A stretch of DNA of 64,000 nt from Octopus vulgaris. Its lineage: Eukaryota. Below the pieces are notes generated by a model that saw nothing but the letters and a program-made list of their open reading frames with translations, was not told the DNA's origin and did no database searches. Both the position numbers and the translations under genes were made by a program. Shown here in pieces: positions 1-12,600 of this stretch; position 1 is the first letter of the stretch; each line of letters begins with the position of its first letter. Location: the NCBI GenBank assembly GCA_951406725.2, contig OX597820.1:36704001-36768000 (forward strand), in the 5' to 3' direction.

Positions 1-138
1 AGCATTCAACTATTCTATCGACCCCAAAAGGATGAAAGGCAAACTTGAGCTCAGTGGAATTTGAACTCAGATGTGAAGATGGATGAAATGCCGCTCAGCA
101 TTTTGCCTGGCATACTTATGATTCTGCTAACTTACTGC
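1..138 (-). mobile_element. tRNA-derived SINE fragment (family A)
   Basis: Reverse complement carries B-box-like CTGAGTTCAAATTCC plus the core TTTGCCTTTCATCCTTT. The same motif recurs at ~600-660, 14855-15865, 20697-20845 and 53165-53370. Confidence 0.75.
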
Positions 139-691
139 TTTGTCCTTTTCATATTATCCTGAAAAGGTGGTAGATTGGGAATATTATTATCATAATTATT
201 TAAACATCCATGTTCCATGCTGACAAAGGCTGGACAGTTTGACAGGATCTGATGGGTCCACAGACTGCATCATGCTCCAGTGTCTGCTTTGGGATGGTTT
301 TCATGCCACCAGTACAAGTGAAGTCCCTTTGCAGTATGTAACGCTTATGAGCTCTGAAGTGAGCAGCAGTTTCATGCCAGGAGATGAGAGGTTAAAGAAT
401 GAAAGAAGGAGGTCAGAATAGAACAGATTTCTTGCTGTAGAAGAGCTACATGATAGCTCACATTTTAGAAGAGTGAATGGGAATGATTAGGTGGAGTTCA
501 GAAGAGAAAAAATATAATGGTGATGAGGTGTCTGGGTGGATCCTCAAGGTATGAGGTAAGTTGATGTGAGTGGAGACTGTCATTCGATATTTAATTATAG
601 TTTTTTACATTCTTAGTTCAAATTCTGCTGGACTCAACTTTATCCTTTAATCCTTCAGAATAATAAAAAATAAAGACTCTTTCAAACACAT

Positions 692-830
692 AGGCACAGG
701 TATGGCTGAGTAGTTAAGAAACTCAATTTGCAGCAATATGATTTTGAATTCAATTCCACTAGACAACACCTCGGGCCTTATACTAGAACCACAGGCTGAT
801 GGAAACTGTGTGGAAGCCTGCCGAATATAT
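692..830 (+). mobile_element. tRNA-derived SINE (family B), degenerate
   Basis: A-box-like TGGCTGAGTAGTTAAG and B-box-like GAATTCAATTCC, then GATGGAAACTGTGTGGAAGCC and a TA/TG tail. Confidence 0.55.
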
Positions 831-1340
831 ATGTGTGTGTGCATACACACACGTTTATGTATTTGTTTTGCAAAGTTCTTAATGCAAAACTGTGCGTTGA
901 AACTTGAATACGACCATCCTCAAGTAAAACAATATATATGTCTGGTTTAGACTCAAAGGTCCTGACACTTCTGTTTGACAAGACACAGATCCTATGTGCC
1001 AATGAACCAAGTGTGTTGAACACAATGTCGTCGAAAAAAGTTATTCTCGGATGACACATTATCTATACAGCGAATTGCATATTTTGAGTCTCAACCTACC
1101 TGGACGTTTTAAGAATAAATATGCAAATATAAGTTCCAGATTGTGCTGCACACGGTGAAAATTACGTTCTTACTGAAATTTTAACTTTACAAAATCATAG
1201 GTTATGTAATTTACATGTAATTACTATTTTTGCCTTAAGGATTAAACCGTTTTTTCATACGGTATTTTAGAAACTTCACCTATATAGGTAATTTCAATTT
1301 TAAATGCGATAACGAGATCTAGTCCGTAGAGGATTTTTCA

Positions 1341-2054
1341 TATGCAGTTTCGCACCTCTTGGAAAATGCATTTTTTTTTTTTTTTAATTTCTACGTTTTA
1401 GAAGTCGGAGATTACGAATATGCAAAAAAATTTTAACCTCCCCACCTCTTTAATTTAAATTGTTGATTTTGTTTACTTTAAACAGATTGTAGCGAATTGA
1501 CGAACATATGCAGATTGAAATTAAATACAAAAACGTTAAAGTGAAAGAATTTGTTTTACTTGTATTTGCCTTAAATAATTGTAAATAATAATTTAATGTA
1601 AATTAAATATACACCATTTTATGAGAAACAAACATTAATGTTTAACAATTAATGTTAAAAAGTTTAATAAGGGACTCAAATTTGACCCCCTACCTCAATT
1701 TTAAATTTTGAATTTTTTCATCTATTTATTTATCCCTGTCCATTTATACATAAAATATATTTGTCAACTAAATGTGACGGTCCTAGGAAGACACATCTAT
1801 TTATCTCTTTATACACATATCTATATGCTTAGTGAATTTAAAATTTTGAAAACGTGGTTTCTTGCATATTAGGAATTTCCGAAAAAAAAATTTCAAAAAG
1901 TTCAAAATTTTAAAAGGGAGGGGGAGTGGTGGTGGTTAAAAAAATTTTTTTGCATATTCGTAATCTCCAACATCTAAAACGTTAAACTGCGAAAAAATTT
2001 TGGCGATTTTTTCAAAAAAATGCATTTTTCAAAGAGAGGTGCGAAACTACATTA
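1341..2054. mobile_element. MITE / non-autonomous DNA transposon with ~100-bp imperfect TIRs
   Basis: Left end TGCAGTTTCGCACCTC...GGAGATTACGAATATGCAAAAAAATTTT pairs with right end AAAATTTTTTTGCATATTCGTAATCTCC...GAGGTGCGAAACTACA. The interior is non-coding and AT-rich. Confidence 0.75.
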
Positions 2055-2679
2055 GCCTCCCGCCACCATTCATTGCTGTGATGTTGATAAGCGGGAAAGC
2101 TCACCAACATCCCGAACTCTGTTAGATTTTCATGAAAACCCTACATCATCTTTAATCACTTAGAAACAGATAATAGGTCAACTTACTGATTTGTTATGTC
2201 TTTTCTCTCAATCTGAAGTAGTGACAAAAGACAGGAACAGGATGACAATAACAGACACACGTTCACTTTTCCATGAGGCGTTTATGAACTTGCACAGAAC
2301 ATATTAAGCGATACAGTTGAACACAGACCAAACTAATCGGTTGAAGAACAGATGCTACTCTAGATTCACTTCTCACTTATTAATTTCGCATTTATTTATT
2401 TATTTATTTATTTTTTATCTTCACATTTTATTCTATGTTCAGCTTATAAAAATAGCAATAAAATTACAGCGGAGATGTCGAACACTCCTTTTCGTGTTTT
2501 TTTCATTTTATTTTCAGATTCCGACATTTTCAACAGCGGAGATTACGATTCACCACGCCTCACGAGAAACATAGCATTTCAAAATTTCAATGTCCCGCAC
2601 CGACGTTTTTTTTATTTCGTTTTTTCCTTTCTCCAAAGTTTTTTTAGTTCACCTAGAGAAATACATAGATTATAATTTA

Positions 2680-3077
2680 GGGATCTTTTCGGTTTGAACT
2701 GCAGTTTTTTCTAGCGGTGTCATATGAAATTGTCACCCATAATTATGACCCTAGTATCGATCTATCGCATTTCAATCTGTTTTAGGGTTAGGGGTGGGGG
2801 AAGGGTATCTTTTTTCTTCGGAAATGTAAATAAACCCAATCTGTTTCTCAAACGAGGGACATATACGGCACAGAATGTTTTCACTTCAATAGACGTCATT
2901 GATTGATTGAAATTAAAGAAAAACAACAACAAATATCTTACAAATTATAGAATTTTCTCAATAAAGCCAAGAGAAAAAGATGTTTTATAAACACATCCTA
3001 CCAGTATACGAAGTTTAAAAGTATTTAGTTACGTGGAAATTATTTTAAAAAACTGCTGGTCAAACCGAAAAGATCCC
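2680..3077. mobile_element. MITE (~400 bp)
   Basis: TIR GGGATCTTTTCGGTTTGA at 2680 and TCAAACCGAAAAGATCCC ending at 3077, extended by GCAGTTTTT / AAAAACTGC. Confidence 0.8.
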
Positions 3078-3299
3078 AATATTCCTGATGATTTTAAACT
3101 CGTTTACTCCTATGTGCATGCGTTGATGCTTTTCTAACAATCGCATGATATAAGGAAGACCTGGATTTAGGTATCTCCTTATGCTAGAAATAACAGTCAA
3201 ATCTCTAAAAAAAAATTCCAAATCTCGTTTTTTAAAAGATCATCTCCTCCCAGCAGTCAGAATAACAATACCCGGGTAAATTTTGGGATCTTGTCCTTT

Positions 3300-3840
3300 T
3301 GATGGACAACTGAGTGAGGACAGAGAAACTAAGAGTGTGAATGGGTGGGGGTTTGCAAGATAAAAGAAATGGGAGAAGGGAGAGTAGATAGGCAATAGCT
3401 GTAAAGATCAGGTTGGTTGTGAAGGGTGGATGCAGGAAGTAATGGATACAAGGGTGGATGATAGCTAATGATACATGAGTTGGGAAAAGGAGAGGGATCA
3501 GATGAGAGTAGGAGGACAATAAAGATGTTAAATTTGATTGGTGGGGTGGGGTAGGACAAGAGAGAGAGATGATATATAGCTGGTTGGCTGCAGGATAGGA
3601 GAGGGTGAGAGAGATAATTTGGTGTTCCAGGTACATAGGGAATGAGGGGGAGGTGAATGGGCAAGGGGTTGATCAATGAAACATGTAGGTAGAGAGAACT
3701 ATTAATAAAGGAAGAATGGCTGACAAGTGAAATGGTTCCGAGGGTAGCAAGAAAAAGATAAAGTGGTATCTGGGGAGAGCTGTGGTAGAAGAGATGATGG
3801 GGGAGTTATAAGAAGGGGGAAGTTGGGTGAGATGCCCATT
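3300..3840. repeat. Purine-rich (GA-skewed) low-complexity or degraded repeat
   Basis: Strong G/A bias on the + strand. The minus-strand ORFs here are Pro/Leu/Ser-rich artefacts. Confidence 0.45.
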
Positions 3841-4861
3841 TGTGATGCACACATACAATTTGTATATCATTTTTAGAACAGTCAAACTCAAAGCAGATAA
3901 AGCTATAAATAATAGTATGTTAATATTGAGTTAAAAACCCCTTTGGATTGAAAAAGTGAAAGCTGCCTGTGGGACTCTAGCTCACAAAAGCACACACAGA
4001 CACATAAATTGCTTCCTGAAGTCAGTTTTGCTGTAGTGGATGAGTCTTCTCATACCACCTGACATCCCAGTCCTTTGTTGTTTCTTCTGTGAGGTTTAGG
4101 GTCTTAAGGTCACAGCCTTTGCCACTTTGTCCCATATCACCTTGGATCTTCTCCATCTACAGAACTCAGCCCTTCTCTATACAGCTGTCTTCATCTAGAT
4201 GCATTGCATGTCCATACCAGTGCAGTCTTCTTTCTGACACATGACTCCTCTTAACCCAATTTTTTTCTCAGCAGATTTCTACTATCATTCAGGCATACTT
4301 ACATTGCCCAGCCACTGGAGCATGCCTATTTCATTTTCCTCATCTCCTCTATTTTTGGGGCTCATATCTCACTACCATGCATCATTCTAACACACGCATA
4401 ATACAATCTGCCTTTGGAAAATATTTATACACACTATTTACATGGCCAACATCAATCCATGGGGAATAACTCTTCTTTTTCTCTCGAAAAGTGTAATTTT
4501 AAATTTTGAATTTGAAGCAACTCTCATACTTAATGTTTTGATTATATGTTTAAAATCACTAAATACCTCAAACCAGGCAGGACGAATAGCCTCATGGGTA
4601 AATGAGAATGGTGGGTATCGATATTTCGGAGTTATTTCTGTTCATCGGCACCGTATGCCCTGGTCACCGCAAAGCAAAATTGAATTGCCACACACGTAAA
4701 ACAAAGTGAAATTTTGAATTAGAATCAGTTCTAATAATGTAAACATTGTCGATGTCACACATTTAATGAACGTGTTGAGTTTTTTTTAAACACTCAATGT
4801 CTTAAATTGACTTTTCATTGAACAACGCCCGCATCTAATAAGCATATAAAAACACATTAAG

Positions 4862-5600
4862 TTTCAGAGGAAATGACTTTCCTCAGATAACACAGTAGCA
4901 TGGTTTCTCACCTGTATATGTAATATTTATGAGCAGCTAAATGCTCGGAATGGTCAGTGGCAAGAGAGGAAGAGGCCGACCAAGAACCCGCTGGCTTGAC
5001 ACCATCAAGAGTGATACTGGAATGGACAAAGTCAATCTGAAAGAAGCGGCCCAGGATAGAACTGACTGGAGGACACTGATCCATGGAGTAACCGAGAGTC
5101 AACTTCAACAGAGCGGATAGATAGATAGAGAAATGACCATATTGAACAAACGCTTCATCACACATTTCGCAGCAATATGGTTTCTCTCCAATGTATATAT
5201 TTTATGATCAGATAATTCATTATTTAGAGAGATATTTACCACATTACAATGGTATAATTTCTCACCTAAGTGTGTATATTTATGGGTAGTTAAACGACCA
5301 CATTCAGCAAATGCTTTACAAGTTTCACAATTATAGTTTCTTACCTATAGTTTATTAGTTAAGATATTATTCAAAGACAAAGATTTAATACTGATATCAC
5401 TTTTCTAATAGAGCTTTTACAGTATATCTGTCAGTTATACAACTTTGAACATGGTCTTCCCACAGATATCACAGGTATATGATACCTTCTTTGCATCTTG
5501 TCTCAGGAAAGAAATCACTACTGTCAGACTGTTTCACCATGAACTTGACTTTGCAACATTTTCTCCTTCCATACTTTCTAATCTTATTCAAATTTCTGAT
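4862..5600 (-). pseudogene. Decayed C2H2 zinc-finger gene
   Basis: Minus-strand translation gives YTCDICGKT, GEKPYCCEMCDEAFVQYGHLAAHK (after removing the insertion) and TGEKPCYCVI*GKSF, with stops and frameshifts. Confidence 0.8.
4944..5130 (+). mobile_element. 5'-truncated RTE-clade LINE 3' end inserted into a zinc finger
   Basis: Translates GMVSGKRGRGRPRTRWLDTIK...AAQDRTDWRTLIH, typical of the RTE C-terminus. It has a (GATA)n tail and is flanked by an AAATG duplication at 4939-4943 and 5131-5135. Confidence 0.85.
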
Positions 5601-6446
5601 ATTGTCATAACTAAAGAGAACACTGCATCTCAAAATTTATATTTTCTTTCACAATACATAGTGTCATTTGTCAAAGTCTGAGGATTTCTTAGCTATGAAG
5701 AAACACTTCAGGATAGGTTGGTTGTAGCATAATTACTTTGTTTTATATATGTCTCATATACTGTCTTTATTTCAAGATATCTGGTGACATCAAAAAGATA
5801 GTTACTCACTTAAGATGCTTCAACGCTAAAGATTATGGAATAATCAAATTGGTGACTGTTTATAGTCTGGAATTTTGTACTGAAGAATATTTGTTATTGA
5901 TTCCTTAGTGCGTTTTATCTGGATATCTACTGAGAAATCTTTTATTTGATGGTGGGAGATGAACTATTAGAAAATTATGCTACAACCTTTCTTGAAGTTT
6001 TTCTTATAACTGAGACATCTCTAGAGATTCTCAAATGATACTATTTACTGAAGCACTATCTTCAAGGATTTTAGTTGAGAATATTGACCCCAGTTAGCTT
6101 ATCAAATTTTTTTTATATAAAGTGATGTTAACTCAACACACTGGTAAATGGACAGGTATACACATAAATGATAGTGGATCTCTTCTGTTCATTGCATCTA
6201 GTCAATGTAGAAAGGATGTCATTCCATCTCTTCTTACCCTATCAGTCCTTTGAGTCACTCAGTGACTGGTATATAATACACCTACTTTCTGTTCAACATT
6301 GTCACCTTCATCACTTAACTCCTCTTGTACTTATGTGCAAGTAGTTACATTGGACCATGTGTGCATATGCCACTCTACTTTTATCCCCCTCCTACCCCAC
6401 CTGTCATCATCCCATGCCCTGTGTCAAATAGACTTCTGCCATCTTA

Positions 6447-7727
6447 CGAGGGGCATTCAATAAGTAATGCCCCTGACCCACTTCCCATAGCAGTAGAGCA
6501 ACGAAACTTGGCACAGTTATTAGTCTTTTTCTACATAGGAACCACCCAGAGTTACGCATTTCTCCCATCATTTGATGCAGCTCTGAAGACCGTTTTTGTA
6601 GAAGACCCCAGCTTGGTCCTCCAACCATGACGTGACTTCAGAAATCAAGGCTGCATCATCTGGGAAACGCTTTCCTTTCAAAAACAACTTCATGGCTGGG
6701 AAGAGGTGAAAATCAGAGGGTGCAGGTCAGGAGATGGGGGATGAGTTCATAGCCGCACGCCTGTGCTTCTGATCTGGCGACACGCGAGTTGTAGATTGGA
6801 GCGTTGTCCTGCAGGAGGAGGATGCCTTTGCTGATCTTGCCCCGCCTCTTGATTTTGATAGCTTCTCTTAATTTCCTCAAAAGTGAAGCATAATAGACTG
6901 CTGTAATTGTGGCACCCTTTGCCAAGAAATCTGTCATCACTACTCCGTCCTGGTCCCAGAAGACTGTGAGCATGACCTTGCCAGCGGAGGGCTGCACCCT
7001 TGCCTTCTTTGGAGGAGGTGAGTCATGGTGCTTCCACTGCATTGACTGGGCTTTGGTCTCTGGATCATAGTGATGGACCCAGGTTTCATCCTGTGCAATC
7101 AGTCTTTTGAAAAATTTTGACTCATCTTCTTGGCACATCTTCAAATTCATCCTCGCACCATCGACGCGTTCTTGCTTCTGGAAAGGTGTGAGCAGCCTGG
7201 GAATCCATCTGGCAGATACCCTTTGCATATGCAAATGGTCATGAATGATAGTTTCCACAGACCCGGTACTAATCTTGACCTCATGGGCTATTTGGCGAAT
7301 AGTTATGCGTCGATCTTCCAAAATGGCAGCCTCAACTTGACGGACAGATGCCTCATCAATGGCAGAAGGGGGCGACCAGATCTGGAAGCTGTTTCCACAA
7401 AGTTCCGACCATGTTTGAATTCACGATGCCAGCGTTTTACAAGGTCATATGATGGGGCATCATCACCATAAGTTACTTTTATTTCATCAAAAGTCTCCCG
7501 TGGTGTGCATCCTTTCAAATACAAAAACCGCATCACTGCTCGACACTCAACAGGCTCCGTTTCACACTTGACTCAGTTCAAACACCTGTAAATCAGAAAC
7601 CACAATTAGTTCAGAGCTGTAATTTGCCACTTAATCTATAGAGATATAGGTAATTGCACATGCAAAATTTCAGCTAGATCAAACAACTGCAAATGGGTCA
7701 GAGGCATTACTTATTGAACGCCCCTCG
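6447..7727 (-). mobile_element. Full-length mariner element (1281 bp)
   Basis: TIRs CGAGGGGCATTCAATAAGTAATGCC / GGCATTACTTATTGAACGCCCCTCG, with TA duplication at 6445-6446 and 7728-7729. Confidence 0.95.
6520..7560 (-). pseudogene. Mariner DD34D transposase, frameshifted
   Basis: ORFs 7303-7536 (HTH, WHREFK..GRP) and 6713-7321 (WIPRLL, QDETWVHHYDPE, GKVMLTVFWD, LQDNA) plus an SPDL-PSDFHLF remnant. The start codon appears mutated to ACG; the frame ends YVEKD*. Confidence 0.9.
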
Positions 7728-9059
7728 TAGAATACCAAGTACTGTCACTCATCCCTCTCATGACTATCATTCATACTTTCACTCTGTAAAGAGGATGGTG
7801 AGTGAGTAGAGATGTAAGGCCTCTTTAGCTATGTTAAGGACATGGTTACTTCTCTACTCCTGGTGTTTGATTTTGATATACAGCAACTGTAAAGAAGCCT
7901 ATCATGAACATACACACACATATGTGTGTGTGTTCACTTGGTGTTGGTTTATGTCCTCATAGCTTAGTAGCTAGGGGGGGAAAAGAGACCATTAGAATCA
8001 GTACTGGGTCTCATTTGATTAACTAAACTCTTTGGTGTGTTATCCCAGCATGGCCGCAGTCCAATAATTGAAGCAAGTAAAACAGTAAAAGAGTGTTATT
8101 TAATGATAACAGATTTTATAGAAATACATTTCCTTTCTGATTTACAAACTTTAATGCCTGTCAAGTCTCTGTTCAACTAAGCTTTCAAACAATGTGCATC
8201 TCTTCTCCCATCCTGTCTTTGCAATGACAACTGTATCACAACTGTTCCAGTTGTTTCACATCTTATACTTTTGACAACCAAAAATGTATTAAATTTTATG
8301 AACAAAAACTAACATTATCAATATCATAATTTATAAGGCTTTATTAAAATTGATTTTAAAGATTTAAAATTAATTACAGACAATTCCATATGGCAGAAAA
8401 AAAAAAGACTTCTGGATGATTGTGAGATGTTTAAACATGAAAAATTAACAATGAAAGTCATTCAATGGATGAGACATTTAGTTACTGAAGTTATATGTGG
8501 TAGTATCTCAAAGAAAAGAAAGAAAAAAAAGAAATATTAGGTTACAGTTGAATCATATATTTTAAATCAAGAGTAGAGTACACAGTGATCCGTAGGTACG
8601 AGAGGTGCAGCCGGAGGGTAAGTATCCAAAAGAGAATCCGTAAAGGGTAGATAGGTAGAATGTCCAGTAGCAAAGTTCGTGGGTGATAAGAAATGACAGG
8701 ATCAACTGGTGCGACCACGTGACATCGTGGTGTATTGCAAGGATTTTTCATCAAGAGTTACATCTGGATATACTTCAAGAACTGTAGCCCATTTATTTGA
8801 TGACGTCTTAGAGGACAAAAATTTGGAATAAGATTTCCATATCTCTGAAATAAGTCACTTATTAGAGTAGAAAATATCGACCATATTTCATCTTCCTTCA
8901 TAACACATAAAATATCTTTTTATATGACAGAAAGATTAATAACTGTGGAATAATACATTGAAGTGTGATGGCAATTAAACTCTAGATTGCATATTCACTG
9001 GTGTTGTGGACATTACAAAATACAGAACACAGGAAATACTTCTGTACTGAAGACATAAT

Positions 9060-9600
9060 AGTAGAGAGACTTTAAGAGTTGATATCATGCCAAAACATGG
9101 TCTGAAAATAGTGATTTATCTTATCAACCTAGGGACTGGATACATTTCTAACATTCTGACCAGATCTCCAGTCTTCAGATATCAACAATTTCAGAAGTCC
9201 TATAAATAGGTCATGTTACCATGCTTCCTCTATACTGAAAAAAAAAATCCAAAACATTCTTTACCTCATTGAACATAAATTACAAGTTCAAATTTTCTCC
9301 TTTGTGAAATTTGCTAATAATATATTCAAATGTATTTGCTGCAAAGATTCTATGAGAATTTTCAGCTAATTTGCCATATGTCTTGCAATTAATGACAAAG
9401 AGTGATATCTGTGATACAATGTGTACACAGGAGATAAGCTGTGGCAGTACTGACATTAAATAAAATTCTGTAATTATCTTTCCACAAATGTATTCACACA
9501 TGCAAAAAACCATACTACTGTGATATTTGCAGTAAAGAATTCTCTGAGAATGGTAGTTTAACTTATCACCAACAAATACATAGATTATGTGAAAGAAATA
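9060..9600 (+). pseudogene. C2H2 zinc-finger relic
   Basis: 9483-9581 reads HKCIHTCKKPYYCDICSKEFSENGSLTYHQQIH. The upstream motif TCTGAAAATAGTGATTTAT is shared with the relic at ~26760. Confidence 0.7.
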
Positions 9601-12600
9601 TAGACTATAAGAGCTTCAGAAAATGTGTTGAGGTGCATACATAATTTTCTATTTGTAGAATAAAATACATAGATGTATTTTGAAATCAGTAATTTTATTT
9701 GAACAGGAAGAAAGTGCATAAGATTATGTCTCAGCATTTTGATAACCACTCAGGTTACTGTTTTCTGCATGAACTCAAGTTTGAAAAATTAGCCTTGACA
9801 ATTTAGTTACTTTCTCATGTGTGATTTGAACAAAAATGATACATTACACAACCATTAAAATTCCCAATAAACAGAACCTTCTGACTAGGGAGTTCAGCAA
9901 TTTCCAAATGAAAATTAGTTTAATTACCCACAAGAATTACTCTGGCCTCATTAAGGAAGTCATCCAAACAGATTTAGGGACACGTGACACACCTTTTTCA
10001 TTCTCTACCAGTGATCACTGAATTACTTTAAAAAAAAAGATGGAATCACTGACACAGCAAAAAAGCCCTAGCAAAATAAACTGAAGAATTAGTAGCAACT
10101 GATCACAGTTCTAAAATAACTGCCTGGAGTTACACAGCTGTTTTTATAAAATTGATTGACCATTGTATTGGACAATCACGTGTTAAAAAGAATAAAAAAA
10201 TAGGTGAGAGCTGACACAATGGACTTAAAGAAGCACAAACCCTCTTGAGTACTGCAGAATGATTTCCTTAATTATGTCCATTTTACAACTGATCTAGTAT
10301 GGGTCAGACATGTGAACAAGGTTTTATTCTATCTTGTTTCTGTTCTATCTTAATTATTGCCATTCATTTTAATTCTTCATATTATAGGTAAGAATTGTAA
10401 CTCAGAATATGAAGGGAAAATTGCAGTTGTACCAAGAATGGGCATAAGAAGACAATTATACAATGCTGCACAAGAACTGTACAGGTACAGGACTTGATGT
10501 TATCTATGTAGAATTAGCTGTTCTGAATATAGTGTAGTACATCTGCCTTGTCCAGAAATATTTTCAATGTTCTTGCATCAATATAGCATCACTAATGGAA
10601 AAGACTTGCATCAACATATTGACAAAGGTTCTAATGATACCTGATCTTAAATATATCTCTATTTTGATATATGACACCCTCAACTCCAACTGATGAAAAG
10701 GTCACAGAAAGTTATTCTGTTCAATAACAAAGAATTAAGTTGTACTATCAAGACAGCTAATGTATTTTATACTGTGAGAAACCTGAAAACAGAGTACAAG
10801 CTAATGGTTACACTGCTTTAACAGGAGAGATTAATGCTATTAATCTGATGGCTTTGGGGATGTTAGTGATGGAGGACACATTGTGAGCAAAGAGGCTGAT
10901 AAAGATTGTCAGATGAAATGATAAGTTTGCATACCAGTAAAAGAATATATATAACTTGAATATTTTTGATGAAAGATGCCTTTTTTTTTCAAAAAAAAAA
11001 AAAAAAGTACATTGTAATTTCTTAAAAACAAAAAATTCAAATAAACTTATGGTAAGAAATGATAGTATATGACATGACAAATGTATAATATCAATGTTCC
11101 AGACCAAATACTGGTTTATATGAAGCCTACTAAGACCACCTTATTAATATGCATTATGTAAGACTACTTTTTATAAGTGTTTTGAGATGGTATTGCTCAA
11201 ATTTATAATTAGAAACAGTCACAATGTTTTTTAACAAGAAATCTGTGTTAAATATCTGCTCAAACAAGATAATAAATATTTTGTCAACATTTTTATGCTT
11301 AGTAAGGGATATTTATGACTAATCACTCCTTTCAGTTTGTCTTGTAGTGAGCCCCCTTCAGATTTGGTAATTAAAATGCATGCTAAGAGAACAATTTGCA
11401 CATAGACAAGTGTGTCATATGACTTCTTGCAATAACAACAAATTAGAAGAACCACATGTTACAATATCTGGACATTGTTGACAAAACTTTATCTTTTGGT
11501 TAAATCATTACTTGTTTAACAGATTTTGTTGGACATAGAGGCAGAATATGGAGACTTGGCTTATTTCTCTTCAATGTATATTGGCTAAGCTGATAATCAT
11601 TGATGGGAAGAGTATTTTCATTGAATGAAGAAATGGTAATATTTTTTGAGCGCATAGATGTTTTATATTATTGTGACACTTATTGTGGATAATTTTAATA
11701 ACTTTAAGAAGGAATTTAAAAAAAAAACCCTGCCTTTTAAGATGTTTGGTCAAATTGTTGTATTTAATAGAAAAATTGAAATATTTCCCCAATTTAAAAA
11801 AAAAGTAGAGTAAAAGATCCAAGCATTTTTATGAATATGGTCCAAGAATTAAGGAAAGAATATTTTTCTTGTTAGCTGAATTTTCACCCAATGTCTGCTA
11901 CACCATTTGATATTGGACACAGTATCAGAAAATTATCAAACTGAATTGATTAAGAGGCAATATGATGACATCTGAGATTTAAATTTCATATTGAAGATAT
12001 ATCAGAGTTTGACTTTCTATAGAAATTCTATCCATCCAAGATACAAGTGGCAAGCATCCTAAGTTAGTTACTCATACAACTCATACCAAAAAAAAACAAA
12101 AAAAACATTGTTTGGCAACACTTACCTGTGTTGAGCACATATTTTCAAAAATGGGACCACTTCAAAAACCATTTGAGAACCAAACTGACTAATACCTACT
12201 TGGATGTCTTGCTGTAGGCATTGACAAGTCTGGCACCTAATATTAAAAAACTTTCAAGTAACAAACACCATCAAATTTCACAGTTGTCTACTGTTTACAT
12301 TAAAAGTATATAATTTTCTTTTTCCCCACCCAATGCATCATTTTCAGTTTTTTTTTTTTCTTTTCTGTTTCAAAGATTCTTTGAGTCATTTCAACAAACT
12401 TGAAAGATATCCTGATGGAAATAAATTATAATTAAATTGAGTTCATTGATTACTAATTGGTATCCTTCATTAAACATGATTCCCTAGCATGTATCATGAA
12501 CTAATCTGATGAAAATAACAATTAGATATATTTCAATGGATTAATTTCCATATTTCAAATTCTTGTTAGTATTTATCCTCGTCCTCTGTTCACTTGATAG

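Noticed and set aside
3232-3891. Minus-strand hydrophobic ORFs
   Set aside because: Artefact of a purine-skewed low-complexity tract; no domain signal.
10000-12300. Possible ancient transposase relic
   Set aside because: Coding-like texture, but no motif could be read with confidence.
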